A stretch of 64,000 nucleotides of DNA from Macrostomum lignano (taxonomy: Eukaryota). Numbering within the stretch: position 1 is the first letter of the stretch; every line of letters begins with the position of its first letter. The position numbers and the translations under genes are program-made. The notes beneath the pieces are model-generated. The model was not told where the DNA came from and searched no databases. It saw nothing but the letters and a program-made list of their open reading frames with translations. Below, piece after piece: positions 59,273 to 64,000 of this stretch. The DNA lies in contig NIVC01001526.1 of NCBI GenBank assembly GCA_002269645.1, positions 62,001 to 126,000 on the forward strand, read 5' to 3'.

Positions 59273-61437
59273 TCCCTGCCTTTTCATAACCATATTGGCA
59301 CTGAGGTGCTTTAGCCAGCCTAACAACCAGTTGCTATACCCAAAACTGACACACGCTAAGCCTGAAGAGACCACCCTCTGCCTCTGCCTCACTCTCAATG
59401 GCATAACAGCGAAGCGTATTTATTATTTGCTGAGCACCGCAGTTTAGAATGCCACAGGTATTTCTGAATAAAGTTAGCTACCGTGTATTCTGCATACTAA
59501 ACAAAAATTAGCACTAAATTCTTTTGTTTCATTGTGCCTTTACAATAAAATATTGAGCGGTCATTCTGGCTTTCTCTGTTTCTCACAAAAGCCAGTGTGT
59601 GTGTGTGTGTGTGTGTGTGAATGTGCACGAGGCATTTATTGAGACAAGCGTGTATAAAGTGACCCGTGCTATTAGGACCAAAAAAGTGTTGGGCCAGGCC
59701 CAACAAGTGCGTCCCAACACACCAAAAAATGAAAGCCTTAGAAATGAAAAAATATTCATTGGAACCGTCTTTCAATTCTCTTTTCAAAAATCAAGGTCAT
59801 TTTTTCATATTTTAAATCAAACACGAGCTATGTAATGATTTGTAGTGTCCCAAGAGGGTAAAAAATTATGCGAAAATTTTCTTTTGACCCAACATAACTA
59901 TTGGGTCACAATAGGAATTCACGCTCTTTTACAACGTTTCTTACAATTATAGTGGAAGTTCTAGTAAAAATAACAAAGTATGTACACCACAGAGCTGCTA
60001 ATCGACGCTCTAAGGATCCAATGGTATTTGACAGCGTATTTTCTGAATTTCGGATATAAAAAATAATTCTATAAAGATTCAAAATCCTATTTTCATATAT
60101 GAAATGTGTTAGCAAGACAAAGAAAAACTTTGCTTTCCCCCAACAAGTATCGTTGATTTTATTATATAGTAGTTAAAGTACGTTATTCCACGTTACTAAA
60201 AGAAAGCGTGTTCTCTAAGGCCTGAGTTTGTGGTTAGCTATACGCTCGTATTGCGAGCATATTTGCAAAATATTCCATAGAGTCATTATTTGGTATAGTG
60301 ATTTGACGTACTGAGAAACAATGAGACTTAGATCACTGCATGGACTGCTAGCTCATTTTAGCCTGTCACTGTAAGGTCAAAGGCGATTTGTTGGCCATAA
60401 ACTAACTAGCGCACGAGTACTCTTAACAGAACCAGATTGTCGCGTTAGTCTATTACCCTCCAACATAGTATCTTAGACCACTTAAAGTTGTACAGCCCTC
60501 TCTGGAAAACAGTTCTTTCTCATTCGATCGTAAAGATAAAACCCGTGTGCATATATTCAGAAGTATATGTACAGAACAAGCGTGTACAAGACCCAAGAAA
60601 TTCCTTCCCCCCGGGCCAATTGTGTACATTCCTATCCAGGCGGAGGGGAAGCGCGCGGAGGAGAGGCGGGCGCAAGGGGGGTGGAGTTTCACCTTAACAC
60701 TGAGGCGGAGGCCTACGGAGGAGGTAGAGCTAAGATTGGAGCCTACGAGAGGCATACAAAGGGGTCGTACTATAAAGCTGTCGTAGCATAAGTTTGATCG
60801 TACGTCGGAACTTCTACACTGCGGACATATGAGCTAAGAACGATCTTATCTTACAATGGCTTTATAGAACGGGCCCGAAATCTTAATAGAATGGTAGAAG
60901 TTCGCTTTGGCAAACAGCATCCTGCATATGGTAAAAGAATGTAGTTCATTTACGAGGCCTGCCCTACACAGGCGAAATGTGCCCAAGGCACAAGAGTTCC
61001 ATGACCTCTTTCCATGGAAACTTGGCTATACGAGCGTAGGAACCATTACAAATATGTAAGTTGAATTTAAAGATCCTTTTTAGGATTCATAAACTTAACT
61101 TAACTAAACTTAACTAATCAAGCTTAAAATGTATTTTTACAATTCCAGATATATGTACATGTAAATTTGCTCAGCCATAGTTTTCTTCTATCAAGCGAAT
61201 TGCCTTTATTGTCAAGTAAGTCATATTATATGTGGATATTTTTGTGCATGGTAAACATTTAGAAGCAGCCCACTACGAGAAGCAAAATAGTTGTTTATTG
61301 AATGAAATTGACATCGGTTTCGCAAGTAGCATTTTGGGCACATCCAAATCGCTGCAGCGCCACAGCCATGCGCGGAGCCAAAAACAATACTTATTGAGCG
61401 CTTGGCCAATTTTAAATTATTCTATTCGGACTATGGG

Positions 61438-61624
61438 CCGTATGCAGAAAGCTTAGTCCAGACTAGCTAGTCCGGACTTGGGTAGTTCAGTCTATAGTCT
61501 ATGGTCTAGCTACCCTAGTTCTGCTTTAGTAGACCGGTCTAACTTTGCGTTTCTGCATACCAAATCCAAGTCCAGACTAGTTTTTCAAGACCGGACTACC
61601 CTAGACAGAGCTTTCTGCATACGG
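61438..61624. mobile_element. Small MITE
   Basis: TIR ccgtatgcagaaagct / agctttctgcatacgg with internal tagtcc(a/g)gac repeats. Confidence 0.6.
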
Positions 61625-62054
61625 TACAATATGAAAAATGAGAATGTTCTAGACCGCGAAGAGCTTATTGCAAAGACAAACAGAGTAAAGCCAGCAGCAA
61701 AAATGCTCTCTATGGAAGATTTGGTTGGGAAGATGGCAAAAAAAGAATCTCAGAAACTTGCACATCCCATAACTGGAACTGAATCGGAATGTGTTATGCT
61801 TTCTAGAGGCTTTTTGGAACAAACAAGTCTGCAGACAGCTAGAGTGAGAGAGTGAATTTGTGCAGGGCTATTGGGACAGTGAGATGTAAAGTTCATCTGA
61901 ATGACTAAATAGACGGCACTGTTGGGACAAACTATACGCTCTCATTTTAGTTACACACCATAATTTCATTTGCAATGAAGCATTTATTAGGACATCGACA
62001 TAGATTTCTGTTTTCCTTTTTCCTTTGTACGCACAGGTTCAGCCGCTAAGTGGC

Positions 62055-62895
62055 ATGCCTAAAAGAGAAGACCTACATCAACAATTAACAGCGAGCATTC
62101 CGATATCGCGGACGCATTAGCCACATCTTGTTTACTAGCTGCTCAGGAGCAGCAACAGACACTTTTCATGCAGACAGGCTGCAGCCAGTCTATTGATGAT
62201 TTGTCTTGTGGAGCTAAAGACAACTCGTCCGGCAAAGGATTAAAGAGAAAGAGGCGATCTGTTCTGGGTGAGCATTATCTGCTGTGGAAGTAACCAGAGT
62301 ATTTGTGTTGCCCGGTAGAGCACAATTCGAAATCAATGTAACAATCTCAGAGGCATTGTTGGGACACAAACTACGCCTAGCAAACACAGCCTAGCCTAGC
62401 TCAAGTGTGGTAATTTGCGGGGGCATTTATTGGGACATCATTGCAGCTTGGCACTTTAAAATCAATGTAGCAATCTCAGAGGCATTGTTGGGACACAATC
62501 TACGCCTAGCAAACACAGCCCAGCCAAGCTCAAGTGTGGTAATTTGCGGGGCATTTATTGGGACATCATTGCAGCTGGGCTTATTTTTCAGCCTATTTTA
62601 TGTCGCACTTATTGGGACAGTACTGATTCTAGTCGCGACTCCTTCTGACTTTTTGAAACAGACCCAGCATTAGTTGAACACATTCTATTAAAGAGTTCTC
62701 GATTAGACCATTAATTATTACTAAATCAAACCTATCTTAATTTCTTTTCTTCGCAGCTTCTAAAGTCAGCAACGCTAGCGACATGCCTAAAAGAGAAGAC
62801 CTACATCAACAATTAACAGCGAGCATTCCGATATCGCGGACGCATTAGCCACATCTTGTTTACTAGCTGCTCAGGAGCAGCAACAGACACTTCCC
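62055..62895 (+). repeat. Local duplication of about 110 bp (62055-62165 and 62782-62892), plus a tandem duplication of about 125 bp at 62330-62580
   Basis: catgcctaaaagagaagacctacatc..gcagcaacagacactt occurs twice. Confidence 0.85.
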
Positions 62896-63160
62896 ACGCA
62901 GGCAGGCTGCAGCCAGTCCTTTGATTCGTCCTGTGGAGCTTGTTTTTTAAAGTTTCAGAATCGTGAAGTCAGTTAACTGCTGTGTGCCTCAACAATGTGT
63001 TACTCAGTGGACGCAATTTTTTTGCAACCTGTCTCTAATTTGAACCTGTGCAATGAACTCTGTAGAGCTCTAGAGTGTGGTTTCTACACAGTAGTGATTT
63101 ATATAGCATGTGTGGAGAGTTCAAACTTCGCTTGATGAATATGGTGTTAGTGTAATTTTC

Positions 63161-63548
63161 GGGACAGCCCTATCCACACTGGCTATGATGGAATTGTTGG
63201 GACAGCCCTATCCACACTGGCTATGATGGAATTGTTGGGACAGCCCTATCCACACTGGCTATGATGGAATTGTTGGGACAGCCCTATCCACACTGGCTAT
63301 GATGGAATTGTTGGGACAGCCCTATCCACACTGGCTATGATGGAATTGTTGGGACAGCCCTATCCACACTGGCTATGATGGAATTGTTGGGACAGCCCTA
63401 TCCACACTGGCTATGATGGAATTGTTGGGACAGCCCTATCCACACTGGCTATGATGGAATTGTTGGGACAGCCCTATCCACACTGGCTATGATGGAATTG
63501 TTGGGACAGCCCTATCCACACTGGCTATGATGGAATTGTTGGGACAGC
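63161..63548. repeat. 38-bp minisatellite, about 10 identical copies
   Basis: Unit gggacagccctatccacactggctatgatggaattgtt. Confidence 0.97.
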
Positions 63549-64000
63549 CGCACTCTTGTGTTATAGTGTGATTCTTTCCATTCCTATTAGGTTAGTATTT
63601 AGCGGGTCCAAATAGCTGACACGGATTTCATGTGCCGAATCTTTTTGAGTAATTTTAGATGTTACTGTCATAATAAAAAAGTACATGTTCATGAACAGTG
63701 GAGTTTCGCTACAGAATTATTTTTGTGGTGGTGGCACTAAAACTGGCTACAATAATTCGTGTCATAAAAAATCTATTTGAGATGTGTCAATGTCTTTCGG
63801 TTTTTGATAACCTGAATATCCTTAACGTTTACCCTGCTCTCTTCTATATTCTATGATTGCTGATATTATCTGCTGAATAAATTTGAAGCGCTGATAATAT
63901 TGCGTCAAGTAGCATTCAGCAGGACAACAATTAGTTTTTTTACCCTTTTACACAAATTAGACAATACAGCTCGTAAATGTACAGTCTGTTGTGAGTTTAA

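Overview
Eukaryotic (metazoan) genomic DNA. GC-rich exons, AT-rich spacers and introns packed with minisatellites resemble the flatworm Macrostomum; the organism is inferred, not proven. Four host genes were reconstructed by hand from GT-AG sites and protein motifs: PFKFB (minus, 6 exons, 10729-22302), PUS1 (plus, 4 exons, 27362-31386), a membrane-anchored USP deubiquitinase (plus, 4 exons, 34526-39360) and an SPMIP1/ATP6V1FNB-like ciliary protein (minus, 2 exons, 50584-51291). The window opens inside an intronless zinc-finger plus tyrosine-recombinase ORF, followed by two satellite arrays that carry the same CAAAAATGACA motif in opposite orientations. Also present: two RNase H-type LINE 3' fragments, a four-layer transposon nest with verified TSDs in PFKFB intron 1, an internally deleted IS630/Tc1-like element, several MITE/foldback elements, a CpG-depleted block at about 22.9-27.2 kb and about 20 tandem-repeat arrays. 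Most long ORFs in the supplied track are artefacts of these arrays. Top leads: the recombinase/satellite unit, the complementary (TCTG)n/(AGAC)n arrays bracketing PUS1 exon 3, and the CpG-decay domain. Coordinates were read by eye; array edges are approximate.
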